A DNA stretch of 64,000 bases from Podarcis cretensis (lineage: Eukaryota): assembly GCA_951804945.1 (NCBI GenBank), contig OX638161.1, positions 29,450,001 through 29,514,000 on the forward strand, read 5' to 3'. The notes beneath the pieces are model-generated. The model was not told the DNA's origin. It searched no databases and worked only from the letters and a program-made list of their open reading frames with translations. A program made the translations under genes and the position numbers. Positions 37,156 through 50,290 of the stretch are shown here, piece after piece. How positions within the stretch are numbered: position 1 is the first letter of the stretch; the number at the start of each line of letters is the position of its first letter.

Positions 37156-37620
37156 CTGGCGGAGATGACGGGCAGAATCCGAGACCTGGGAGAAGAACTG
37201 GTGGAGGAAGACTGGAAGAAATTCAAGGACTATCTACAAAAATATTGTAAATTGTATGATTGTTAAGAAAGATGTAAGATTAGTAAAAACATGGCTTCAA
37301 CAAACTAGTTATAAAGAATATAAATTTAAATTCAATTGGAAGATGAAAAGATAAATCTGGGATAAGTAATATTTTATGATTAAGCTTTAATAAGTGTATG
37401 TTAAATCCCAAAATTTGAGATATTAAATATTGGAAAATTATATTATATGAATTAAATCAAGTTAATAATTTGCTGGTAAAATTTATGTTTAGAAAGCAGG
37501 AACAAGAGATGTGAGGAAATCCAAAGTAGAGAATGAAATGTGGATAATGGAAAATATTATGTTATTATGTATGTTTTTTATTGGTTATACAAAATTTAAT
37601 AAATATTATTATAAAAAAAA
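37156..37620 (+). mobile_element. L1/Tx1-type LINE 3' fragment
   Basis: LAEMTGRIRDLGEE...YCKLYDC* matches the end of the 24788-25651 ORF; poly(A); 16-bp TSD gagaggcctctgttca at 37140-37155 and 37621-37636. Confidence 0.9.
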
Positions 37621-37855
37621 GAGAGGCCTCTGTTCAAATCTCTGCCCAGCCATAAGTTTATTGGGCCAATCTCCTGGACTGACTTCAACACACGATTGTA
37701 AGAATAAAATGAGGACGGAAATACCATGCATGCTGCCCTGAGCTCTTTGGAAGAAAGAAAAAATAAAAAGCTTCTTTTTTAAAGACTCCCTTTTTCTAGC
37801 TATCCCTGTGACATTCCATTTCCTATTCCTGCTGTGGAACTGGATATGTACTTTA

Positions 37856-38097
37856 CAGTGGTACCTCGGGTTACATACGCTTCAGGTTACATATGCTTCA
37901 GGTTATAGACGCCGCTAACCCAGAAATATTACCTCAGGTTAAGAACTTTGCTTCAGGATGAGAACAGAAATCATGCTCCGGTGGCACGGTGGCAGCAGGA
38001 GGCCCTATTAGCTAAAGTGGTGCTTCAGGTGAAGAACAGTTGCAGGTTAAGAACAGACCTCCGGAACGAATTAAGTACTTAACCCAAGGTACCACTG
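37856..38097 (-). mobile_element. Tc1/mariner MITE, copy 3 (inverted relative to copies 1 and 2)
   Basis: Reverse complement of 8071-8312; TA TSD. Confidence 0.9.
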
Positions 38098-38175
38098 TAC
38101 TACTAAGTGAAAGGGCTGGAGACTGCAGGATAAGGAATCACCAAATAAGACATAATTTTATCTCAAAGGCTTTGG

Positions 38176-38490
38176 GGCAGGGTTAGGCAACCTAAGGCCC
38201 ATGGACCACAAGCGGCCCACGGGGATTGTTTAAGCAGCCCACATGCCGCCCCTGAACCGAGCCGCCTGCTCGGCGAGTCCCCGCCCACTATGCTAAACTG
38301 GCACAGCACGGAGTGGGGACTTACTTCCATGGCGCTGAGCATCATGTCTGCACAGACGCCAGAAATCGCGGGTGCGCGCATTCACACGCACGTGCAATCC
38401 GGCACACAAAAGTATCTCTGCTGGAGTGAACTGGCCCATGCGAGGTAAACCTTGCCGAAGACCCCTGCTTTGGAGAGCCAACAAATTTGC
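38176..38490. mobile_element. hAT-like non-autonomous DNA transposon fragment
   Basis: caggg-taggcaacc...ggccc...gcggccc terminus; CpG-rich interior. Confidence 0.55.
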
Positions 38491-39596
38491 CACAAAAGTA
38501 ACATTATTGCTAACAGAATGTCTGCCCCTAAAATAAAAACTTGTTCTATGCAGTGGTAGCTCAGTTACAGTCTCAGCCCCAGTTGTGATGAACTTTAGAA
38601 CATCACCAAAGATTGTGGCAAAAATGTCACATAATGTCAATCTCCACCCACTTCTACTAGGTTAGTTACTAGCAAACCACCCACCCACCCACAAAGAGTG
38701 GAAACTGTATCATTAAAAATGGACAGAAAGGTATATTTACCTAAAATTTGCAGATGCTAATCTATAGGTACAGAAACAAATTGAGACATAATTAATGCAA
38801 CTGAACAAAAATAAAACACACTAGACCCACAGCTTACATGGGGGTTACATTCTATAGATAGGGCATAAAGCCAAAATCAAGTAGATTGGGTGCAATGGTG
38901 TGTGGGGGTGCATGATTGCTAAAGTTTTTTTCCCTTGATGTCTGCCCCCTTTTATTCCCTCCCCCTTCTCTTTCCTCCCCGCCTCCCCCCCCCCCCAGGA
39001 CATTACAGCTCTGAGTGTGAAACTACAGTTCCCAGAATTCTTTAGGGGAAGGTTATATGCACTGAATGTGCTTCAAATGTATGGTGTGGATCTGCTCATT
39101 GCCACCCTAATCTCTACTTACCCTGCATGAAAGGTAGTCCCTTAAATAGGCCACTGATTTGTATTTGGTTGCTGCTATTCACCAGGTCAGGCACATCACA
39201 TCACTGGTCCCATCAAGTGTGATATTCACTCAGCAGAGGGGGCTACTAGACTTTTGGTGTATAATTCAACTTCTCAAAAATGTTATGAAATAAGCTTTAT
39301 AATTAGAATGGAAAAACCATTTATAGATACACATGCTGTAAGCATGAACGCACAACCTACTTTAGAGCCAGCCCAAAATAATGTTTCTCTGAAATCTCAT
39401 GTTACTGAAGATTCATTCATGGTTGCACATAGGATCATATGACTCAATCAATGTCAATAAAATGGTAGCTGGAATCGACTGGTTCTTCTATGAGAATGGG
39501 GCAGAGGAAAAGGGAATTCACTTACTTGCATCAAATCACTACACTCACGAAATCAGTTTTTGTCAGGCATCTTAGAGTAGAAAAGCAAGTTTAATT

Positions 39597-39654
39597 AGAA
39601 GAAGAAGAAGAAGAAGAAGAAGAAGAAGAAGAAGAAGAGGAGGAGGAGGAGGAG
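39597..39654. repeat. (GAA)n(GAG)n microsatellite forming the SINE tail
   Basis: Direct observation. Confidence 0.95.
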
Positions 39655-39887
39655 TTTGGATTTGATATCCCGCCTTTCACTCCCTTTAAGGAGTCTCAAA
39701 GCGGCTAACATTCTCCTTTCCCTTCCTCCCCCACAATAAACACTGTGAGGTGAGTGGGGCTGAGAGACTTCAAAGAAGTGTGTCTGGCTCAAGGTCACCC
39801 AGCAGCTGCATGTGGAGGAGCGGAGACGCGAACCCGGTTCCCCAGATTACAAGACTACCGCTCTTAACCACTACACCACACTGGCTC
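39655..39887 (-). mobile_element. Full-length tRNA-derived SINE (Squam3-like)
   Basis: Minus strand starts gagccagtgTGGTGTAGTGGttaaga (A box) ... GGTTCGCGTCT (B box); L2-like 3' end; microsatellite tail. Confidence 0.85.
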
Positions 39888-42800
39888 TTCTAAAAAAGGA
39901 CTTCTAAGTTTGTACTTTAAAACAAGGTCAAGATCTCTCTAGAAATTGGCAGCATTTTTAAAGCAGATTATGCAAGGATCAGCAAAATAAAAAAATATTT
40001 ATTAAATTTCTATCCAGTCCTTCAGGGCAGAATTAGCCTCAAGGATTTTTAATTTCCTTCTTTTATCATTTTGGCCTATTATATTTAGCTGTGCAACTAT
40101 AAAGTTTAGAAAATTGCCGTTTTCCCTCTACATGACAGCTGCACCATGATTTCATGTCCTACATTCAGACTGAGTGGCTGCACATTACTTAACTCTGCCA
40201 TAGCCATAGATCATTGTCAAAGGAACTATTTTTATAATATAGTTTAATATAAAAATAGAGCTTCATGGCAGAGTTGGTACAAACAGCTCAGATAAGCGCT
40301 TTACTAAGATTATCTGGCAATTTATTTTGTTATAATTAATTTTTAAACTGACACAATTTATGCAAGGTGTACTGAGAGTAGAACCACTGAAAATAAAGGA
40401 CATTGCTAACTTAGGTTCATTGGTTTCTATGGGTCTATTCTGAGTAGGATTTGGTTGAATACAACCCTGTTTCCTTTGATTCCAAATGTGTGTGAAGAAA
40501 ACTAAACTTCAGCCATTTTGTGTTTAGTTATAAAATGGTTGCCTTCTGTTTAGGTATTGGGTCATTTGGAATTTAGAAGCTGTTCCAGGTGGGGGGGGTG
40601 TTAAAAAGATCATGGAAGGTAAACTACAAAGAGAAACCTTATACAAATTAGAAATTTAGCAATACTCTATTGCACTACTGATTGAATGGGATATTGCTTA
40701 TAAGTGAAACTGACAAGGTAGGAGGTCCATTCAAAAAGATTAAAACTGGAAAAAGCCAGGATGCTGAGAGTTGCATAAGACCCAGATTAGAGTGATAAAA
40801 GAAGCTGATCTAAACAAGACGTCTGGAAACTGCCCTGCCACAGAAGTAGGATGAGCTGAAGTAAACTTTGCTTAAGTAGGAAAACATTGTAGACAAGATT
40901 TAAATGGATGTGTTTTACCATGTTACTTTCATATCCTAGTTGCTTAACTGCTAACGCAGCTTTAAAACCTTGTTTTTCCCCTAGAAGCACCATTATAATA
41001 ACTACTGCTTTTCAACGCCTTTAGTAAAAACTAAATTTAATGGAGATTTAGCCTTGGCCCGGTTCCTTGATTTTCAACTCACATCCAAGCTGCACTCTAT
41101 CCAGTCCAGCTGGGTCAGCAAAAAGTCTACAAGAAACACCAAAGTTATAACACACGTTTGGGGGCCCGAGGGCCCTCCAGATATTGTTGGACTTCAACTC
41201 TCATATATCTATTTCCATACAGCGTCTGGGATGATGGAAGATGTAGTCTAGCAACATCTATTGGGCCACAGGTTCCCTGCCCCTAATATAAAGTGCTCTT
41301 TCAATTAAGGCAGTTGGGGGGGGGGGAACCATCTACTTGGTGGCAGCACAGAAGACCACATAATGGGAAGGGCAAACAAAGGGTGGCATTCATTGTTTTG
41401 GTCATCTCCCCTTCTCTCCCTTGCATCGTAAACTAACAACCTGTGCTGTGACATCCATGAAATATATACATAGAAGGCGGGGAGTCTAGGGTAGCCTTAG
41501 TCCCTTTCATTCATCCTGTTGAACCTACAGATTGAGAATTTCAACAGTTTTGAGATAATGAAATCCTTTGCCCTTATACAGCACTTTTTATCCAATGACA
41601 TCAACAAGGAGGAACTGTTCAAACTGCTCCCACCTTGCTCCTCCCTTTGTCAAGCTGGAAATAAGCAAACTACAGCAATGGCGTAACATCATGTGCAAAT
41701 CAGCACATGGAGAAAAACAAACTGCAAGTGTTGATTCACATATAACACTAAACTGTGGCTTATTTCCTCCCCACTCAGCAGAGAGGAGTAGGGTGGGCAC
41801 ATTACTGCATTACTGGTAATCTATAACATGTTTCAGACTACATCTTACAGTTGGTTATGTGCAGTAGTGTTGTGGCAAGTTCAGAAATTAAGGGTCCCTT
41901 CATGAGTCACAACTGCACCTCCCCCCCCCACAGCCACACACCCTTCTAATAATACAATAATTAAAAGGTGGGAGGGAGATTATTATGCACTTAGGTTTGT
42001 TCAATATCATACAAAATCAATACACAGATTTTTTAAAAAAAAGATTATACAAGAGTTTTAATTATACAATAATAATTAGGGATGTATTACAATGATGAAT
42101 ACAGATCTCCATGTGTTGCCTTTCAGATAGAGCTATTTTCTGTGCAAATAATTTGGAGTGCTGAAATATCTTTTTTTGGAGTGACATCAACTGTCTTTTC
42201 CTTCAGGTTCCAACGTATGTAACAGAACTTGCAAACGATTATTTTGAAACTGAAGCACCTTGTGTTTTCAGTGTTCCTAAATATTTAGCTTTGGAGCATA
42301 CAGAACAACTCCTCTGTATTCTTCCTGTGTGCCTTCCTCAGAGTGACCCTAGCTAGGAGCCAATCCTGTCACTGACTCACCTCCTTCTACTCTGACTGCC
42401 TCCCATCAGCACAAAGGGTGAAAATACGTCTCTGTGGCTAAAAAGCAACCTTTTAGTGCTGATTGGATGGTCATTGATGACAGGGACTCTGCTGCAGGCT
42501 CTGTGACCTCCCGCAACCCCAGACCACCACACCTCTAAATATGTGAACACAGCCAGAGCATTTCCACTTTTGCTTTAGGCAATCTGTCATCTTATTTCAC
42601 CAGGCTCACATGCCCAAGTTAATTCCTCTTCCATTTTCCCATGGCAGTTCCCTGTCTCACTTCTCACAGCATCTAAGGTACTGGCTATACTCAAGGCAGA
42701 ACACTTTCTTCCACTTGCATAGCTGCAATATATATGTGATGTCTTCAGCCTAGAATCTTTGGAATTAAACCTTGAAATCCCACCCTCACATCAGTCACAT

Positions 42801-45800
42801 GCCCTCCTTCTGTGTTCCCTGAAACAGAGAGAGTTTAAGCATATCACCAAATGCTTAAATCCAATCCAAGGATAAGTACAGGATTCTGTTTTCATTATCA
42901 GTCCTCAGTTCTAGTTCACACACTTAACCAGTTGACAGTCTTCTGCAATGTACACACACAACTTCATCTGAACACATATCCAAGATGTGGGAACATAGAT
43001 GCTCCATGCAGGGGCCCAGTTTATGTGTATTTCTCCCCTCAAAAAAAGAACTCTTCCTGTCTCACTTTAGGTGTATGTTTGAAGGTAAGCATGCCTACCA
43101 AGCCACCATGCAAAGGGGCTCATCAGTCAGTGAGCAGTTGAAGCTTACTTTACACCTCAGGAGATGTAAAGTGATATCTCCTACCACACCTTTCCCACAA
43201 AGACATAATTAATTGTCTTGAAGACTGGCTTTCTTCAGTGAAACCTCACTGAAACAACCACAGCTTCTTCCATTTCAAAACTCATTTTGAAGCTTTGCTT
43301 CTTCTTTTTTGGCACTGACTCTCTCTTTGTTCTTTCTTTCCTCAGCACCAAAATGCTGAAATTCTACTCAACTTTATTAAGTTCTGAATCAGACATTTTT
43401 GGGTGCCATTATAGGAACTTAAATAAATAGAATGAAGATTCTTAGGACACCCAAATCTGAACAATGCCCCTGTGGTTGTGTGGTGAACCCCAAGTCCTAC
43501 ATAATAGTTTCATCATAAAAACAAGTAATTTTCAAACCACTGCCCATATTCCAAGTGAAGAAAGAGAAACCGCTTGCTATAAATTTTAAAATAGTTCGTT
43601 ATAGCAGCAGTATCGTTAAAATTGAGTCCCAAACTTAGATGTACTTATAATATACTCCATCAGTAATACTTGCATTTTTCTGTGAAAAGTCAACGGACAG
43701 TTTGCTTCTTGGATGCTTGTTGTCAATGAATGCAGGCTTTCAGAAGAAGAAAAAACCACACACAAACAGCCTGCACTTAGCTGAATAGCCTTTGAAATGA
43801 AGGCCTCTCTGCTTTCCATCCTCTTAATGGAGTCTCTATCAAAGGCTGCAGGACATAATGCCTGAAATGCTGAAGTTATTTAAATGCTACACCTTAAGTA
43901 CTTTCCTCGCTACAGAGCACAATACACATCTGCTGTTTTGGTTTGTTTGTTTTTTAAAGGATTTTATTTCCCTTAGCCACAGAATTATGTGTGGGTTGTA
44001 GCAAATTATTGCAGTCACAAGCTAAGGAACCTAACGTCTACAGCTGGATCAGTTCCTCAGACCAAATCCATGCAACAACACTGAAATTCCTCCTCCATGT
44101 CATAGCTGCCACAAAATATACTTTATCTTCAGTATATTCTTCCTGGACAGTCACATGCCCTCCTTCCATGCTCCCTTAATTGGAGGAAAAATGAAAGACC
44201 CAATTTCAATATCAGGACTCCATGTCAGCCACACACTTACCCAGCTGGCAATTCTCTCTATACAGCAGGAAGGTGGACACTTGAATGCAAGAAGTAAATA
44301 CTTTCCAACTTGCAACAGGAGAGAAAAGCTTCTCTCGGTTACCATTATCCGAGTCTGGGCACTGGGGCAAAGCAGAATTCTATCAAGAACAGGATCAGTA
44401 GTAGGCTGCTTTGTGAGGTACCTACGATAGCTCAACATCAACTGCTGACATCAGGACTCTAGCCCCGTAAACAGTGGGGAAACCACTGCTCCTGCTCAAC
44501 AGGCCACCTTGAGCAGAAGTGGAACAAAGTAGTTGTAAAGAAACATACACACTTACCTGCAGCTAGCCTACCAGCTCCTCTACTCGCCTTGTATATGTTC
44601 TCAAACACACAAGGCCAGACAGAACTGGACAGGTTGTAGAACAGCAAACGCTGCTGCCATGCACTACCTCCACAGAACAGTGGTGGTTGCTCCTCCTTGC
44701 AGTCATCCAGCAGCACCTCAATCCAGCTCTCACATGAGTGCAAGCACAAACATCAGCAGCAGCAGAATGGAAGTACCAGAAGAAAAGCTGGTGTGTTTTG
44801 AAGTTACTTTGAACACTAGTACGGGTTTTCAGAAGTGATGGAGACTGGGGCTGAAGAAGGGTTGGTACGACAGCTGCAAAACAATTAAATCTTGCCTCCT
44901 AATAGAGCCAGTAAGCCTACTGCCACTACAATCATTGGAATCGGAGACAGGCAAGCTATGAGGACAGGGGTTCACTGCAGATCTTTTGCCCAAGAGCCAC
45001 AAAATCTGGAGCTAGCCATGTCAAGGAAATGCCCCATGGACTAGCACCATTCATGGGGGGGCTAACCTAGGTCTTCAGATGTTTTGGGATTACCAACGGC
45101 CATCAAGCCCAATGGTCAGGGATGATGAAGTTGTAGTCCAGCACCGATTCCTCATGAAATCTATAAATATTCAGAAAATTTCAATAGTGCTCAGTAAGTT
45201 GTCAAATCTGGTAAAATAGTATCTGGCTGCAGAAGTAAAGAGAGGGTTAATATCACATGTGGGTGCTTTTCCAGAGTCTGGTACAGTTCCATTAATTGAA
45301 AGAGCGAGTTCCTCTACATTGTCCCTTGATTTTATGCTCTCCATAAACAAGCAACAGTAGCCCTCCTGTAATGCTGCGTAATAATTTATCACTCTGCTTC
45401 TTAATACTCCACTGCTGTAGTCTCTGGGAATGAAGCCACAGAAAGGAATTATGTGAGCTCCCAAATGCTCAACTTTTATGCCAACACACAGATTTGTTTT
45501 TGTCCTTTGATGTCACCTCAGGCTGGAAAAGATGTTGCTCTTTCTATGTCTTGGACCATTAAGAGCTGCATGGTCCAAGGTTCATTTTCTCAGGTTAAGC
45601 CTATCTAAAGATATACTGGTATTTCTGGCAGTGGAGTGTAGGAAATTATTTACTGGACTTGGACAGTATCAGCAAAGAGAACACAAGAAGATTTGGAGTT
45701 AGGTACTGTACCATCAATATGCAGATCACACCCAGCATAACTGATGGTTGAGAATAGAAACTGGCAGGATGAAGGCAAAGAATACATAGGTGCAAATCTG

Positions 45801-48800
45801 CTCAGGTAAATGATGTTCATCCTGTTTTGGACAGAGTTGTAGTGTCTCCAAAGGAATAGGCCTGCAGTTTCACAGTGCTTCTTAAACCATCTCAATCACA
45901 TTTCCATATTGGCAGAAAGCACCTTCTAGAAGCTTAAGCTGCTTTGTCAGCTGCATACCTATCTGAACTAAGAAAGCCAGGTCTCAGGTCTCATGCTCCG
46001 GTGATGGCCAGGTTAAACTACTGTTATCTAGTATACATTGGGTTGCCTCTGAAGACAGTTCAGAATCACAAGTTAGTTTAGACAATAGCTGCTAAATAAC
46101 AAAGACCAGGCATTATAAAATTATACTAGTGCTCCATCAACTGCACAGACTCTCAATTCATTTCCAGGTTCAGTTCTCAAGTGCTAGTTTTTATCCTTCA
46201 TGGCTTGGCACTAGGATACCCAAAGGATTGTATTAACATGTTCCTGTACGTACACTAGGCAAGGCTCTTTAAGTTCTTCCACCACTTGAGGTGCAGATGG
46301 CTACCAGAGAAAGGGCCTTCCCAGGAAGAGCATTATAAAATCAGGGCACCACCACTGAAAACTCATTTCAGCACCAAATAAGATAGATATTTATCTTTTC
46401 AGGCTTTGCAATTCAATTTGACCCGTTAACTGGATTTGTTGTTTTTATGCTGCTTCTAGTGATTTACTGGTTTTAATACAGCTCCATATGCTTTTAATAT
46501 GTTTTATTGTGTTTTTACATTTTGTAAGCCAATTTTATTAAAGTGTGGGGTAGAAATACCTCAAAATTTAAATAAGATTTTTCCTTTGTGGTCTTGGTAA
46601 TGGTGTGGGCTGAACATCAGATCAGCCAGCATGCAACTGGAATACAACTGGACATATCTATATGTCAAAAGTTGATGCACAGCATTAAAAGTGTTAAATT
46701 TAAAAAGATCAGAATTATTGCCAGGAATGTATTCACCACAAGAACTTTTTTCCTTGAGGAAACTATATATACAGTTTCCTTGAGGAAACTATATATACAG
46801 TTAGACGAACATTTTCCTATAACCTTGTAGACCGCAGAACACGTGTTCTCATTTGTTTTATAACATGTAGTAGCTCCAGTGTTTTATGCTATTTAGCATC
46901 CTTGTCATAAGCTATAAGAATTTTAAAAAATGAATCAGGGTGCACAAGTAGGAATGGGCAAATACTTCCATTCTGTATCAGTTTCACATCCACTCAATAC
47001 ATTCAATAAGTCTTTCCTGTTCTGTTTTTTTAAAAAATGTATAAAATGTACACATGCATTTTTTATACTTCTCAATGCATTTCCCAAGAAAAGACACACC
47101 TTCTATGCATTTTTAACTAAAACTGAAAGGCAAAATTTGAAGAAGTGTGCAGTTTAATAGCTGCATTCTGATCCATATACAAGTCTAGGACTGCCAAATT
47201 TGTTCACTTGAATCAATGACTGAGCATTTTCTAACTATCATTTTATAACCACCAGTTTTGTCTTTGGATCCATAGTGCCTTCTAAAACTACACAGTTCAC
47301 CCTTAAAGTGCTGAATTAAGAGTCTGGTATTCCTATTCTTTAGTTCAGAACCATGTTTCTTCTACAGAATGAATTAGTTTTGACAGTGATAGGAAGAAAT
47401 TTATACAGTAAGTTATTCTAAAACAAGTAATTCTAGGCCCATTTTTCCTTTTCAACCTCCTTGCATGTGTTTTAGAGTTTACTCTACAGTTTAAGACCAG
47501 TTGTGGCTTTTTGGATCTTAGGATAAAATGCAAGCTTGGAGCAAACTCCCGAAGGAGATTGCATAAAAGGTTCTTGTAATGACTTTCTTAGAAGCTTCTT
47601 TCTAAAAGATAAAAAGCTCCTCATTCAGAAGACACACTGAAGATCTACAATTTCAAGGTCTCTTGCATTAAAACCACAGGGAAGCTACCTGTCAACTCAG
47701 ATTTGTTCATCCAGCAACTGTCCAGGTCTTAAGCAGATAGATCTTCCACATGACTTCCTACCAGATATTTTAGCTGGAGATACTAGGGACTGGACCTAGG
47801 ACTTTCTACATCCCAACATGGACTCTACCACCTAAGGTTCCTTCCCATCACAATAATCTTTACAGATAACTAAAAGGTTCTCGTCTCTTTTTAAGAATAA
47901 GTAGGAGTCTCTGAAGTCATGTCTTGATAACAGAAACAATGGCTTATATCAGGTTGTATCCAACATAGAATAGAACTATTTAAATTAATGGTCATTATTA
48001 ACTTTCATCTTGTAATTTCATTGGGTCTACTCTGAGTAGAACATAGCTGGCTACAACCCACTGAGTTGGCACACCCACTACAGAATTAATGAAACTGTCA
48101 ATGCTGATTTAAGGAGGCAGGTTAGGGTTTTTTTAAAGACATTCCTATATTTACAAATATAGCAGAGAGAAGAAAAGCAAATAAAACCTAATAATTAAAA
48201 AACCCCACTGCCAGCTGATAATAACAGTAAGTATATTCCACCAATCCTAGTTTATATGTACAGTACTTATATGTACATTATTAATAAAGACAGTCCAAAT
48301 AGGTATCTAAACTAATTATTACAATCCACATGTTCAAATACAGAAAGGGCAGTGAGATCTTCAATCCATTGGGTGATAGATGGTAGATTTTTGTCCTTCC
48401 AACCTTGCAGTTTAAGTCTCTTAGACACCAAAAGGACTCATAGAACTCACTTTTGTTGTCATTCGGTTAGTTCAATATAATTTATGAGTGCAAATATTAA
48501 TGATTTTCTCAAAACAAAGTTGATATGAGCAGTAACTTCTGACAAGAAAGAAACCATTACAGGACATGCCCACATCATAAAGAGGAATTTTCAGCATTAC
48601 ACTGCCAACATCTAACTAACAAATCTCTTCCTATAAGAGCACTGTGATGTCCAACATATGGAAACATGATTTTTTGTTGTATCACTCTCAATTTTAAATC
48701 TAACGAAACACTGCATATACATGCAACTTTCGACTGACAGAGCTGAATGGAATACTTTAACCCTCTGTTCCATTCAACTTTAAGATCCTGGACATAACAC

Positions 48801-50099
48801 TTTTTTTTAAAGAAGAACATTATTCAAGGCATACATTTACATTAGCATGCAATGATCACTCTTTTACAAAAAAAATAAATGGTATGAGGAGGCTGCTAAG
48901 TTTATGAAGTATTTTCTGAAATATGAAGTTTTGTTTTGTTTTTTAATAGCTGCTTCTGATCAAGAGTATGTTCACACTCAAAAATGCATCAGGCATAATA
49001 AAAAAGTAGAGTAAGTTTGTGAATTATATAATTTTCTGCAGCAACTTTTGCAGTTTATTTCCTCGTGTGCTGCTGTTCTGCATGAAATCTGCACACACAC
49101 CCCAGCACAAAGAGACTATCAAACAAATGTGGTTTTTTCCTGGAGAAATATTGGGCCTTAAATTTGGTAGGCTGCACAAGATACAATATATGCAGATCAG
49201 CAAAATACCACAAGGTATGCATTTTAAATATATTTTAATGATAAAATTAGTTTAAAACAATTTGGTGTTGACATATTGAGGAGGGCATTATGTGCATGCA
49301 TATACCTCTACCTTACTTCGAAAGTATGAGCTATGAGAACTCTTCTTTACAGGAAATGGAACTCTCAGTCAAGATACAATATACCTACCTTCTTGTTGTT
49401 GGCTTTTGCGGGGGGCAATACAGGGAAATGGGTTTCTACTTATAATACATTGAAATCATGCAAACAACTTGGTGCAAGTGTGGAAAACCCATGTTGTCTT
49501 TGAATTTGATGTATTTAGGAATGACGCTTGAAAGTAATGTTTCATAAGTATAGTGGTAACTTCAGTTGAGTTTCTTGTGCAAATTAGGTTGGAACCCTAA
49601 ACACACTTAGCAGTAATAGTACCTCACTGAACACAGTGGAACTTCCTTCCAAATAAATATGATAGTATTGCTCTACTTTGCACTGGTGAGGTTGTCTCTG
49701 CCTCTTGGCACTGCAACCACAAATACATCTACTGGAATGCTCAGACACACACCAGTTAGAAGGAACTAGGGGGAAACCTGATGGCCACATCAGCTTTTTC
49801 CTTGGTTCCAAACAACCCAAGAAATAAGAGTTTCTCCAGCTAAAATACCTGTATTAGCTGGTGGCAGGAATTTCCCTAAATTTCTTCTAAAACATTAAGT
49901 GAAATGCAAGGATGATGCAAGACCAAAATCTGGCTAACTCCAGTACCAGATCCTAGAGACAGAGCTCTTTTCTTATAACCATAAAATTAAAGCTTTGCAA
50001 TGCATCTAAAGGGATTACCACCAAATATGTTCAAATGCTATGCCTTCATTCATGACTGAAGTAGAATAGAAAGAAGTCTTAATAAATAATGTATTAGAG

Positions 50100-50290
50100 A
50101 GCTGGTGTAGTGGCCAAGAAGTTCCTTCTTCAAATCTCACCTCAGCTATGAACTCAGAGACCAGTCAGTCCCTCATCCCCAATTCCCACCTGTAGCATAG
50201 GGACAATAAACTAACCTACCATACAGGATTGTTTTAAGAATTAATGACATCATATGCAAATGATTTAAACAGTCTAAAGAACTATAAATT
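50100..50290 (+). mobile_element. Old MIR/CORE-like SINE
   Basis: TGGTGTAGTGG A box, ttcaaatc B-box remnant, and cctaccatacaggattgttttaagaattaatga CORE-like segment. Confidence 0.55.

Noticed and set aside
38176-38490. CpG-rich patch as an alternative promoter
   Set aside because: The CpGs lie within a hAT-like transposon fragment.
39810-39887. tRNA gene
   Set aside because: The A and B boxes belong to a SINE head; no cloverleaf acceptor stem; continues into SINE body and tail.
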